Shown here: positions 25,433 through 38,542 of the stretch, piece by piece | Position numbering within the stretch: the stretch's first letter is position 1 | Layout: each line of letters starts with the position of its first letter | Assembly (NCBI GenBank): GCA_951406725.2 | Contig: OX597831.1 | Location: forward strand, 5,704,001 to 5,768,000 | Source: Octopus vulgaris | Lineage: Eukaryota | Direction of reading: 5' to 3' | Length of the DNA stretch: 64,000 bases | Made by a program: the position numbers and the translations under genes | The notes under the pieces: model-generated | Seen by the model: only the letters and a program-made list of their open reading frames with translations | Databases searched by the model: none | What the model was told of the DNA's origin: nothing

Positions 25433-26680
25433 GATCGACCAAAGTCTTGCGAGTGGATAAGGTAAATGGAAACTGAAAGAAGCCTGTCTTATATTATGTA
25501 CATAGGCATAGGAGTGGCTATGTGGTAAGTAGCTTGCTTACCAACCACATGGTTCCGGGTTCAGTCCTACAACATGGCACCTTGGGCAAGTGTCTTCTAC
25601 TATATATATTTAATGTACACATGGCGATTTGCTGTACTCAAGAAAACCTGTCCTTCACAGCAGAAGTGTTCAGGCCACTTACCCTGGCAAACAGGTTCTT
25701 TCAATTTCCATCTGCCAAATCCACTCACAAGGCTTTAGTTGACCTGAGGCTATAGTAGAAGACACTTGCTCAAAGTGCCATGCTGTAGGACTGAACCCAG
25801 AACCATGTGGTTGATAAGCAAGCTACTTACCACACAGCCACTCCTACGCCTACGTGGAAATGTTATTGAAATAAAGGTGTACTTTTTGTAAGCAGCAGCA
25901 TATTTCTTATTGACTCAATGCTATGAAACCTGACCTAAGGACAACAGCGTTTAACGATAAACCCTTGACAATTAGAGAAAATATTTTCTATCACAACAAC
26001 AAGCAGAACAATAATATTATCACGTTAGCTGACCTCAAGTGTAACCATAGCAACTACACAAGTATACAAAGTCAATAGTTAATCCCACCTGGGGAGAGGA
26101 GATAATCCCGCGTATCATGTCCATTGATTTATATATTGCATATCCTGTATGACTATTTTCAAACAGACTTCAAACGTACACAACCAGAAATGCATTTCTT
26201 TCTCCCCTTCACACACTCTGCCGCCGTGGACCCAAGTAAAATCACGAGTCACCATCACCATCATCATCATCATCATCACCACCAACCATTTAACGACCAT
26301 TTTTCATGCTTCCTAATGCCAACCGCTTTACAAAATGTATTGTGCACTTTTCTTATGGCACTAACGAGGAACCCAAGTAACGAGCAAGACAGACCCGCAA
26401 CTGAGAGGAGGGTATGGTAATAAGGAAGGTGGCTTTATGCCAGATGACGAGAGGTTAAAGCCTGACAGACGGACAGGAACAGGTGCCTTGTTGCATAGCA
26501 GACACATGGCTACCCCAATAGGAAAAGAGAGAGGAGGCAGAGGAGAGCAAAAGAGGAAGAGAAGGTGATGATGAAGATGTGCCACGCCATGTCCTCAAGG
26601 AGACTTTATTTGTGGCTATTGCCCTTCCTCTTATGCTTAAATAATTAAAAATAGGAGTCAAAGGTTATCAGATATGATTA

Positions 26681-27011
26681 CAGGGCTGTAGAGTTGGAGT
26701 CGGAGTTGGAAAGTCAAAGTCTTGGAGTCAGAAACAATTAAGGGGTAGCTGGAGTCGGGGTCAGAGTTGGTAAAACTATACTGAGTCTGACTCACAATAT
26801 CTTTATTCTTTAATATATACCAATTATATATACCAATTATAGGCCTACTCAAAGTACAAGCCTATGCATATGCTTTATGAGATATGCAGACTCACTTAAT
26901 TACATAAAATCACTTAGTTACATAAAGAGGAGTTGGAATCGGAGTCGGAGATGCCAATAGTACAGGAGTCAGTCAGAATCAAAGTTTTTTTGTTTTGACT
27001 CCACAGCCCAG
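26681..27011. mobile_element. hAT-like MITE with ggagtc subrepeats
   Basis: Termini cagggctgtagagt / gactccacagcccag; imperfect 8-bp TSD tatgatta/ttagatta. Confidence 0.65.
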
Positions 27012-27084
27012 TTAGATTATCGGATTATCTCTTCAAATTATAAATAATTCTTCAACAAAACAATCAAGCTCTCAAGCATCATTT

Positions 27085-27700
27085 ATCTTTTACTTGTTTC
27101 AGTTATTAGACGAAGAATTCCTACTTTTTATAAGCCTGGTACTTATTCTATCAGTCTCCTTTGTCAAACTGCTAAGTTATGGGGATGCAAACACACCAAC
27201 ATCAGTTGTCAAACAGTGGTGGGGTGACAAACAAAGTCACACACCCACACACACACCCACACACACACACATGTATATATACACACACATATACGATGGG
27301 CTTCTTTCAGTTTCCATCTACCAAATCCACTCACAAGGCTTTGGTCGGCCTGAGGCTATAAAAGAAGACACACAGTGGGACTGAACCCAGAACCATGTGG
27401 TTGGGAAGCAAGCTTCTTATTTCTTTACTGCCCACAAGGGACTACACACAGAGGGGACAAACAAGGACAGACGAATGGATTAAGTCGATTATATCGACCC
27501 CAGTGCGTAACTGGTACTTATCTATTCGACCACGAAAGGATGAAAGGCAAAGTCGACCTCAGCGGAATTTGAACTCAGAACATAGTGGCAGACGAAATAC
27601 TGCTGTGCATTTCGTCTGGCGTGCTAATGTTTCTGCCAGCTTGCCGCCTTACCACAAGAAGCTCGCAAGCTTCTTATCACACAGCCATATTTGTGCCTAT
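27085..27700 (-). mobile_element. SINE family A with a nested family B SINE (~27417-27650)
   Basis: gcaagcttctta is duplicated on both sides of the family B insert. Confidence 0.8.
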
Positions 27701-28220
27701 GGTTGCCTGATTTTGGAGAAGCTGGTCATACAATTATATGGTTTCACCTTCAGACTTGAGGGTATCTTGGGAAAGTGCGTTCCAATGAGTCTCCCAAAAC
27801 CTTGCCACTGAAACTGAGGTTCTTCAGATGGTAGACTCATTGTTGTCCAGTTTAACACCACCACCAAGCCCTTGAGTGATTAGATCTGAATCCACCTGAG
27901 CAGTAAAATTAATATCCATCACCTGATATAACCCCCTTCACATGGTCACAGGTGGGCAATGAGTGAGGGGGATGACTATAATGAAGAACAGATGTTCAGG
28001 AATGATAAATACATACTGGAAGATGAATAAAGGTGAAGAGATGATTGATGGTGCATATGAGCTGGGAGGAGGTACAGTAGGTGATGACTGACAGTATGGA
28101 AAGGTGTGAAGTGTAAGGATGAAAGAGATATGGCATGTGGGTGGGTATGCTGCGAGAATGTAAAGAGAGAGCAAGCATAGTGCATGGGGAAATGTGTGTG
28201 TGTGTAAGTATGTGTACATA

Positions 28221-28778
28221 CACTTGCGTCGGAAATTAATTAGCACTTCTCAAATTTCTACATTTTCTTACATTTTCTTAATTTAATTAACTTATTATCA
28301 GAAACGAACTCGTTTTTAATCAAAAATTTATTAAAACATATCCCAGCACACCACATAATTGTTATTAATCGTGAAATTTAGTCAATATCTTGTTGCACCT
28401 CCTTTGGCAGCTGCTATGCGGGTCGGCATGTTGTCTATGAGTGCCTGCAGGTACTGTGCAGGGATGGCCCCTCATGCAGCAAGAAGTGCCCCAAACAGCT
28501 CATGTCGGTTCCTGTATTGCTGCACATTCAAATCCCTACCCAATCGACTCCAGAGGTTCTCAATAGGGTTCAGGTCAGGTGACTGGCCAGCACGTACTCC
28601 TCGCCACCAAAGAGGTATCCCGTACTATCTCAACGTACTTTGCTGCGTTGATGTTGCCTTCGACGGCATAGAGCCGCCCAACACCACTGTAGCTGAACGC
28701 CCCTCACACCATCAGACCACTTCCACCATGCTTCATGGTGAGCAAATCAAGGGTGCTAATTAATTTCTGACGGTAGTG
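28221..28778 (-). mobile_element. Internally deleted Tc1-family transposon
   Basis: TIRs cacttgcgtcggaaattaattagcac / gtgctaattaatttctgacggtagtg with TA flanks; minus strand encodes QSPDLNPIENLW and AAKGGATRY. Confidence 0.88.
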
Positions 28779-29332
28779 TATATATATATATTCTTTTACT
28801 CTTATTTGTTTCAGACATTTGACTGTGGCCACGCTGGAGCATCGCCCTTAGTCAAACAAATCGACCCCAGGACTTATTTTTTGTAAGCCAAGTACTTATT
28901 CTATTGGTCTCTTTTGCCGAACCGCTAAGTTACAGGGACCAACCATTCCGAGAATGTAATGGGTGCTTTTACATACCACTGGCATGTGTGACACCAGTAT
29001 CTGCCATGACTGTGACATTACTTGGCTTGACGGGTCGTCTTCTCAAGTATGGCATAATGCCAGAAGTCTTGATCATTCATCATTCCCTCCATGAGGCTCA
29101 ACGCTCAAAAGATGCTTTTTATGTGCCACCAGCACAGGTGCCACCAGCACAGATGCCACTTACACGACACTAGCACCAGCCATGACTACGATTTTACTTG
29201 CTTTAGTGGATCTTGTGTAAGGAAAAAGAAATGCTAAATATTCTGTGCAGCTTTTGTACTCTTTGACTTAAAATTCAAACTTCCAATCTGGCATTAACTT
29301 AATCCAGAAGGGATTGTTTCCCCTATGACAGC

Positions 29333-29351
29333 TGACCACTAGGGGGCACAC
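29333..29351 (+). promoter_or_regulatory. Candidate CTCF-binding motif
   Basis: tgaccactagggggcacac matches the CTCF core CCACYAGRKGGCR and lies in non-repeat sequence. Confidence 0.35.
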
Positions 29352-29504
29352 CATGTGTATGAATCAATGGAAGAGTTTTATTCCCTCACCAAGCAATTTG
29401 TAGGTTTGGACCAAACTAAGAAACCCTCATAAAAATAAAGCATTATAAAACAGCCCAAGGGTGGGAGATTTCTGAATCCAAAATTGCTTCATTTGCTGCT
29501 GTTA

Positions 29505-30068
29505 ATAGTTTCAAATTTTGTCACAAGGCAAGTAATTCTGGGGGAGGGAAGTAAGTCAATGACACAGACCCCAGTGTGTAACTGGTACTTAATTTATAGA
29601 CCCCGAAAGGATGAAAAGCAAAGTTGACCTTGGCAGAATTTGAACTCACAACATAACGGCAGACGAAATACTTATTTCTTTACTACCCACAATGGGCTAA
29701 ACACAGAGAGGACAAACAAGGACAGACAAACGGATTAAGTCGATTATATCAACCCCAGTGTGTAACTGGTACTTAATTTATAGACCCCGAAAGGATGAAA
29801 GGCAAAGTCGACCTTGGCAGAATTTGAACTCACAACATAACAGCAGACGAAATACTTATTTCTTTACTACCCACAAGGGGCTAAACACAGAGAGGACAAA
29901 CAAGGATAGACAAATGGATTAAGTCGATTATATCAACCCCAGCGCGTAACTGGTACTTATTTAATTGACCCCGAAAGGATGAAAGGCAAAGTTGATTTCG
30001 GCAGAATTTGAACTCAGAACGCAACGGCAGACGAAATACCTCTAAGCATTTCGCCCGGCATGCTAACG
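29505..30068 (-). mobile_element. Family B SINE tandem trimer (184-bp period)
   Basis: Junction gaaatacttatttc at 29665 and 29849. Confidence 0.88.
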
Positions 30069-30329
30069 TAATGCTGGTAATGGAAGAAGGCCTGAAGGGA
30101 AAAATGTTTTTGTTCCTTTATTTGAAGTAGGGGGCTGCCTTAGAATATATATTCTATTGCTCCGTTGATAGAATTATATAGTTAAAGAGCAACCCAAAAC
30201 ATGGTAGCCCTGTTTTATGTTGAAATTGTCGTCTTTTTCGAGCTTACCAGAAACATAGACATGCCTATAGCTGGATACTAAGCATTTTTCCCCAGTGTGC
30301 TAATGATTCTGCCAGCTCGCTGCCTTCTT

Positions 30330-30372
<43 letters not shown>

Positions 30373-30784
30373 CCATCATGTATTCTTATTTCTTGCAAGC
30401 TGGAATATACCAAACCTCTATATCTTTTTTTTCCCATAATCATTCACACACACACACACACACACACACAGAGACACACGTAAACAGAAAGGATTTGCAA
30501 TTAAAATACTTGCATATCATATCCCACGTTTATTATATGCAGGAAAGGCTGCAACTTTAGACTTGATAACAGTTAACCTATTTACAGCAGAATATAAAAT
30601 TAGAAAAGTAGATCTATGTCAAAAGTGTTACCAACTGCTGACAGAACAAGTATCTGTTAGCAAAAAGATCCATGCAAATAATACTGAAGGGGTGTCGGCA
30701 ATTACACAGGACTTGGAATGGCTTCTGGCAGACACAGTGAGTTTCATCAGTGGCAGTTGTTCTAAAAAACATATTTTCTCTCTT

Positions 30785-32180
30785 TCATCTTTTACTTGTT
30801 TTGATCACTTGATTGTGGCCATCCTGGGGTACTGCCTTAGAATTTTAGTTGAATGTATCGACCTGTGACCATCCTGGGGTACTGCCTTAGAATTTTAGTT
30901 GAATGTATAGACCTGTGGCCATCTGGGGTACTGCCTAAGAATTTTAGTTGAATGTATGGACCTGTGGCCATCTGGGGTACTGCCTTAGAATTTTAGTTGA
31001 ATGTATAGACCTGTGGCCATCTGGGGTACTGCCTTAGAATTTTAGTTGAATGTATGAACCTGTGACCATCCTGGGGTACTGCCTTAGAATTTTAGTTGAA
31101 TGTATAGACCTGTGGCCATCCTGGGGTACTGCCTTAGAATTTTAGTTGAATGTATAGACCTGTGGCCATCTGGGGTACTGCCTTAGAATTTTAGTTGAAT
31201 GTATGAGACCTGTGACCATCCTGGGGTACTGCCTTAGAATTTTAGTTGAATGTATGACCTGTGACCATCCTGGGGTACTGCCTTAGAATTTTAGTTGAAT
31301 GTATAGACCTGTGGCCATCTGGGGTACTGCCTTAGAATTTTAGTTGAATGTATAGACCTGTGGCCATCCTGGGGTACTGCCTTAGAATTTTAGTTGAATG
31401 TATAGACCTGTGGCCATCTGGGGTACTGCCTTAGAATTTTAGTTGAATGTATAGACCTGTGGCCATCTGGGGTACTGCCTTAGAATTTTAGTTGAATGTA
31501 TGAACCTGTGACCATCCTGGGGTACTGCCTTAGAATTTTAGTTGAATGTATAGACCTGTGGCCATCTGGGGTACTGCCTTAGAATTTTAGTTGAATGTAT
31601 GGACCTGTGGCCATCTGGGGTACTGCCTTAGAATTTTAGTTGAATGTATAGACCTGTGGCCATCTGGGGTACTACCTTAGAATTTTAGTTGAATGTATCA
31701 AACTGTGGCCATCCTGGGGTACTGCCTTAGAATTTTAGTTGAATGTATCAACCTGTGACCATCCTGGGGTACTGCCTTAGAATTTTAGTTGAATGTATCG
31801 ACCTGTGGCCATCCTGGGGTACTGCCTAAGAATTTTAGGTCAATGTATCGACCTGTGGCAATCCTGGGGTACTGCCTTGGAATTTTAGTTGAATGTATCG
31901 ACCCCAGTACCAATTGTTTTTAAGCATGGTACTTACTCTATCGATCTCTTTTGCTGAAGAGCTAAGTTACTGGGACATAAGCGACACACCAGCACCAGTT
32001 ATCAAGGATGCACATACAATGGGGTTTTTTCAGTTTCCATCTACCAAATCTACTCACAAGGCTTTGATTGATTGAGCCAAGGCTATAGTAGAAGACACAT
32101 GCACAAGGTGTCACACAGTGGGACTGAACCCGGAACCATGTAGTTGGGAAGCAAGCTTCGTACCATACAGCCATGCCTGT
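30785..32180 (-). mobile_element. SINE family A whose 3' part has expanded into a minisatellite
   Basis: Tail tcttttacttgttt at ~30790; body resumes at ~31900; head ends at ~32180. Confidence 0.75.
30814..31903. repeat. 49-50-bp minisatellite, ~22 copies (gtggccatcctggggtactgccttagaattttagttgaatgtatagacct)
   Basis: Direct inspection; no spacers. Confidence 0.96.
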
Positions 32181-32181
32181 G

Positions 32182-32617
32182 TCTATACATATGTATACAC
32201 GCATGTATGTGTATATATGTACATATGTATGTATGTTTGTATGTATGTACATATGTATGTATGTTTGTATGTATGTATGTATGTATGTATACATGTATGT
32301 ATGCAAGCATGTACGTATGTATGTATCTATGTATGCACATATGTATATATGTATGTATGCATGTATGTATATATGTATGCATGTATGCATGTATGCATGC
32401 ATGCATGTATGTATGTATGCATGTATGTATGCATATATGTATGTATGCATGTATGTATGCATATATGTATGTATGCATGTATGTATGCATGTATGTATGT
32501 ATGTATGTATGTATGTATGCATGTATGTATGCATATATGTATGTATGCATGTATGTATGTATGTATGTATGTATGCATGTATGTATGCATGCATGCACGT
32601 ATATATGTATGTATATA
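32182..32617. repeat. (TATG/TGCA)n microsatellite
   Basis: Direct inspection. Confidence 0.95.
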
Positions 32618-33419
32618 CAACTGGTTAACAGTTGATTTCCTTTATAGATAGACAGAGTGACAAAGGAGGCCAAACATAGCTTCAAATCCAAATTGGAACC
32701 AGTTTGTTTCTTTGCACAGCAGTTATATATTCAGGAATGGCATCAATGCCACAGATTCTCCTTTTAATCTCTTCTTAGAATTACGCATCCTCCCTGTCAA
32801 CTGATTCAGTTTGCAGCAACAACTTGGAGAAACTGGTTATGACTACATCAACCCCAAAGACTTCTTGTGGTTTTTGCGGTGGAATGAAACGGGGGGTGGG
32901 GGTGGGGGGGGGGTTCAGGAATGTACAGTTTGTTATTTTCATTACAGTTTCAGGCCAAACCTAGATTTCATAAACAGGGAAAGGCACAAATGGAAATTCC
33001 CTCAATACTAATAACGGGCAGTTAAAGGTTTTGTTTAATCTAAAAATCCTAACTGATAAAGAATCTCTCCTCCTTGCACCCCACCCCCACATCCTACCCC
33101 ACCCACCTCTCCACCCCACCACCCACCCCCACACATACAGAGCCATCATAACATGAGTAACAGCCAATCAATTTTCTATTTATTTGTGTCATATAGATTA
33201 CTCACAGAAATCCATTTAAATGATTAGCCCACTTCTGACGCTCGCTCACCCACCCAGATGCAAGTATGATTGGTATTTAGTACACATCAAAATTAATATC
33301 ATTACACAATTAGTGGAAACAATTAAAGAAATGGAGGGAGGTGTACTGCAACAGAACTAATGTAACAGTTTCATTTGAGCACAGTTGCTGTTAGCACTGG
33401 ATAATGGCTGCTGCTGCTG

Positions 33420-33463
<44 letters not shown>

Positions 33464-34179
33464 GCAGCTACTACTACTGCTACTACTACTACTATGTATA
33501 AAGAAACCCCAACAATCCTAGTACTAATTGTTTCTAAGCCTGGTACTTATTTTATCGATCCCTTTTGCTGAAGAGCTAAGTTACTGGGACATAAGCAACA
33601 CACCAGCACCGGTTGTCAAGTGTATATATCATCATCATCGTCTAGCATCTGCTTTCCATGCTGACATGGGTTGGACGATTTGACTGAGGACTGGTGAACC
33701 AGAAGGCTGCGCCAGGCTCCAATCTGATCTGGCAGAGTTTCTACAGCTGGATGCCCTTCCTAACGCCAACAACTCCGTGGGTGTAGTGGGTGCTTTTATG
33801 TACCACCAGCACGAGGGCCAGTCAGGCTGTACTGGCAATGGCCACGCTCGAAAATTTTGTTTCTTACGTGCCACCTGCACAAATATGCACACACCACTTT
33901 TTTTAATGCAGAGCATAAGACTACTCACTAGTTGTGGGTCTATTATAAGATGTACCCAGTACACTCTGTAGGGTAGTTGATGCAACAACAAAGACAACAT
34001 AGATTGATGGACGAAAGGAAACAATATAGGTAGGTAAACAAGTGGAGACACCATGGGACGGGGAGTGAGCAGAGACAACATAAGTTGATGACTGAATGGT
34101 TGAGAAGACTCTTTAGTCTTGCTGCAGAAAGGCAACCTCTCTGGTACTGGTGCCATGAAAAAATACACCCTATTATTAA

Positions 34180-34621
34180 CCCTTTGAGCTGGCAGAAACG
34201 TTAGCACGCCAGGCGAAATGCTTAGCGGTATTTCATCTGCCGTTGTTCTGAGTTCAAATTCCGCCAGGGTTGACTTTGCCTTTCATCCTTTCGGGGTCGA
34301 TTAAATAAGTACCCGTTATGCACTGGGGTCAGTGTAATCGACTTAATCCCTTTGTTTGTCCTCTCTATGTTTAGCCCCCTGTGGGCAATAAAGACATAAA
34401 AAAAAAAGGAATTAAACCGGCCATTTCCAGGCCAAATATTCTACTTGTTTTATGTTGAAGCTGGCCATATTCAGCCTCTCACACCTACCCTACAATGTCA
34501 TTCTCAAAATAAGCAACCACATCATCAAAGTGTTAAAGCTACAAGATAATGCTTGATTACTTCAAAACAGTGGGAATCAAAAAGCATTAAATTTGATGAG
34601 AGTACTCTGAATATTAAAGGG
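34180..34621. mobile_element. piggyBac-like MITE interrupted by a family B SINE (~34186-34410)
   Basis: TTAA-ccctt ... aaggg-TTAA; remainder homologous to 56779-56999. Confidence 0.75.
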
Positions 34622-36309
34622 TTAATAGTGGTTTTGTCTTTATGTTCTGAGTTCAAATTCTGCCGAAGCTGACTTTGCTTTCTATCCTTTTGGGGTTGAT
34701 AGATTAAGGACCAGTCAAGCACTGGGGTCGATGTGGTCGACTTACCCCCTCCATCAACATTCCAGGCCTTGTACCTATAATAGAAAGAATTATAATAGTG
34801 GTTTTGTCTTAACATTCTGAGTTCAAATTTTGCCGAGGTGGACTTTGTCTTTCATCCTTTCAGGGCCAATAAATTAAGTACCAGTCAAGTACTGGGGTCG
34901 ATGTGATTGACCCCTCCCTCCCTCAAAATTTCAGGCCTTGTGCATATAGTAGAAAGGATTAATAATTCTGGTTTTACTGCAATTCTATTGTTTTAGGTTG
35001 ATGGCACACCATTATACTTATTTATAGGGTCAAGTTAGTTTTCACTAATGACACCTAATTTCCATGGCATGTAGATTTCCCACCTGGATGGGACACCTGT
35101 CTATAACAGGATTACTCATTTTTGCCAGCTGAGTGGACTGGAGCACAGTGAAATAAAGTGTTTTGCTCAAGAATACAATGTGTCACCTAGTTCAGGAATC
35201 GAAACCACAATCTTATGATTGTGAGTTCAACACTCTACCCACTAAGCCACGTGCCTCCACTGTCCACAAGTGTGACCCCTATGGGTCAGAGTGACTGTTC
35301 CAGTGCATCTCCCTTGCCATCCACACAGCAATGCCTTTTCCATTTTGTCTCGTGGGACCATGAATTTAAGGGTCCCTATAAAGTTATCCTTGGTGGTCCT
35401 TAACTGAAAAAAAAAAACAAGATCCACATAATTTGAAGCGCTCTATGTCGTCTTCTATTTTTAATCGTGTCACTCAGATATTTTTTTTCTTGCATTGCTG
35501 TTTATATGTGATCTCATATGTGATCTTGTATGTGTGTGTGATCTACAGGGAAGAGTATTACCAGTGTATATATTTAGACTTGTCATCCTGCACATATAGA
35601 TATCTAGAATTTTTAAAAGGTATCAAATACTCTCCTAACACATTTTGAAAACTGCTAATCAATGGTTTCAAATCTCAACCCAAGGCCAGCAGGTTTGGTG
35701 GGGGGCTGGGGCAGGGTAGGGGTCTAAGTCAATTAGATCAAGCCCAGTGTTCAACTCATACTTATCTTATCGACCCCGGAAAGTGTGAAAGGCAGTCAAA
35801 GTCAACTCCAGCAAGATTTGAACTCAGAACGTAAAGATGGATGAAACACCACAAAGCATTCTGCCCAGCATGCTAACGATTCTGACCAGCGTGCTTCCTC
35901 AGAAACTGTTAATCATTGAATTTTACATTTTCCATGCTGTTTGGTGTAAAGATATTTTGGTGGTGTGCTGACATTATTTAGCATAGAGGCAATTGTGTAT
36001 ACTCTTTTTTTACTCTTTTAGTACTTATTCTATCGGTCTCTTTTGCCAAACCGCTAAGTGACGGGGACGTAAACAGGGGCTATAGCAGAAGACACTTGCC
36101 CAAGATGCCACGCAGTGGGACTGAACCCGGAACCATGTGGTTGGTTAGCAAGCTACTTACCACACAGCCACTCAGTAATAATTATTCAAATTTGTAGTCT
36201 TTTTTGTTTAATATGTTCTACAGACTCCCAATAGGCTTGAATCTATTGGCATAAACAAATGGGAGAAAAGTACTTAATACCAGCACAGATTAAAAAAAGG
36301 GTAAAGAAC

Positions 36310-36643
36310 CCCTTCAATCATGAACGACCATGGTATTGCACTTAGAAAGTTCCCCTCCAAGGCGCAAGTCCAGGAAAGGTTGTTTTTATGGAAGATCACT
36401 AGTTGCCCATGCATATCAGCCTTCCCTCTCCACACCACTGATGTTATCCAAGGGAAAGGCAAAGGGACCGATACAGCTTGGCACCAGTGATGTCGCAACT
36501 CATTTCTACAGATGAGTGAACTGGAGCAATGTGGAACAAAGTGTTTTGTTCAAGAACACAACACACAGCCTGGTCCAAGAATCGAACTCCCTAGCTCATG
36601 ACTGTGAGCCCGATGCTCTAACCACTGAGCAATGCACCTTCAC
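36310..36643 (-). mobile_element. tRNA-derived SINE family E
   Basis: Homologous to 47968-48260 and 7570-7775; tRNA-like head at the right end. Confidence 0.8.
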
Positions 36644-37785
36644 TTGAGCATAGATTATAATAATGTATCATCATCATCATCATTTAACATCCGCTTTCCA
36701 TGCTGGCATGGGTTGGACGATTTGACTGAGGTCTGGTGAACCAGATAGTTGCACCAGGCTCCAATCTGATCTGGCAGAGTTTCTACAGCTGGATGCCCTT
36801 CCTAACGCCAACCACTCAGTGAGTGTAGTGGGTGCTTTTATGTGCCACCGGCGGTACTGGCAGCAGCCATGCTCAAATGGTGTTTTTACGTGCCACCTGC
36901 ACAGGAGCCAGTCCTGCGGCACTGGCAACGACCTCGCGGTAATCCAGTCGACTGTCACTCTCTGGAGTTTCTCTTACAACTAGTGAACTCATTAGACAAA
37001 ATAACTAGAAGGGAAGACAAGAGTATAAGGTTGTATGATGAACAACAAGTGGCATAGCCTAGACACCACAGGCTTTCCTTCCCAGCTTGAGCCCAGCAGG
37101 GCTAGACTGAGGGGACAGTAAAAGGCCTGATGGTATGACAATTTTGCGGTTCCTGTAGTGGCAGACCCCTCATTTGGGATACCACATACTGTGACATTAT
37201 ATCCATTGGCAACTTGGTGTGTTCAGCCCAGGCCCTGCTGTCAAGGTATCAGTTGCCTCCTGACAAGCTCATAGTTGAGCCTGTGACAGTGAAAACCTCC
37301 AGCATCCTTGACACCCCCTCCAGACAATATCCCTGCTCACTGCCACTGGGGTAGTGATGGCTGTCAACAAGTGTAAAAAAAAAAAAACCTTCTCGAGTCA
37401 TGCCAGCCTCATTAGAACTGGTTTCCCTGTTTCCATGGCATGTAAATTTCCCACCTGGATGGGACACCTGTCTGTAACAGGATTACTCATTTTTGCCAGC
37501 TGAGTGGACTGGTGCACAGTGAAATGAAGTGTTTTGCTCAAGAACACAACGCGTCGCCCGGTCCAGGAATCGAAACCACAATCTTATGATTGTGAGTTCA
37601 ATACTCTACCCACAAAGCCACAAGCCTCCACTGTCCACAAGTGTGACCCCTATGAGTCAGAGTGACTGTTCCAGTGCATCTCCCTCGCCATCCACACGGC
37701 AATGCCTTTTCCATTTTGTCTCCTGGGAACATGAGATAATCTGACTTACAAGAATTTCCATGTTCCACTCCATAAATGGAAGTTG

Positions 37786-37819
<34 letters not shown>

Positions 37820-38353
37820 TTGGTCCACTATTTGCCAGTATTCCGATACAAAACGAGACAGACCTTTAGTCAGGACAAAGCAAGAAAATTTTTTCTTAAA
37901 TCCTAGGAGAGATAAAAGGGGTGGAAAAAGATGGTAGCTGGGTGCCAATGTCATTTCTAGTCTCAGGAATTCAGAACTACTACTACTAAAAGCCAGCAAA
38001 GCAGACATGACTGAAGCAGTGAACCAAGCCAAACCTATGTCCCGTAGAATAGTGAAATGGTGAAAAAGAGTTGGCATGGAAAGAAGGAAGGATAGGGACA
38101 TAAATTACAATGCCAAGAGACCTGCCAGAGTCAAAGAGCAAAGCATAAAAATTCAAATAAGAGACTGTAATACCAGAACCATGCAAACCGATATTCAGAT
38201 TTTTGATGTTGATTGCTCACTTCAATGCTCTGCAGTTCACAAGTTTCTTTGCTTTCACTGAATAGCAACTGCCTGCTTTGGCATCCAATGTTTGGAAAGC
38301 AGACACACACACACACACACATTTAGATACATACACACATGTGTATGTACATT

Positions 38354-38406
<53 letters not shown>

Positions 38407-38542
38407 ACTCCTGCACAAAACTATATGTATATGTCTGCATGTATGTATGTGTGTGTGTGAGTATATATGTGTGTACATATATGTAATATATATATATGTG
38501 TGTGTGTTTGTGTATGTATATATATATATGTGTGTGTACATA

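Noticed and set aside
30814-31903. CRISPR-like array
   Set aside because: Units are contiguous with no unique spacers and derive from a SINE; eukaryotic context with no cas genes.
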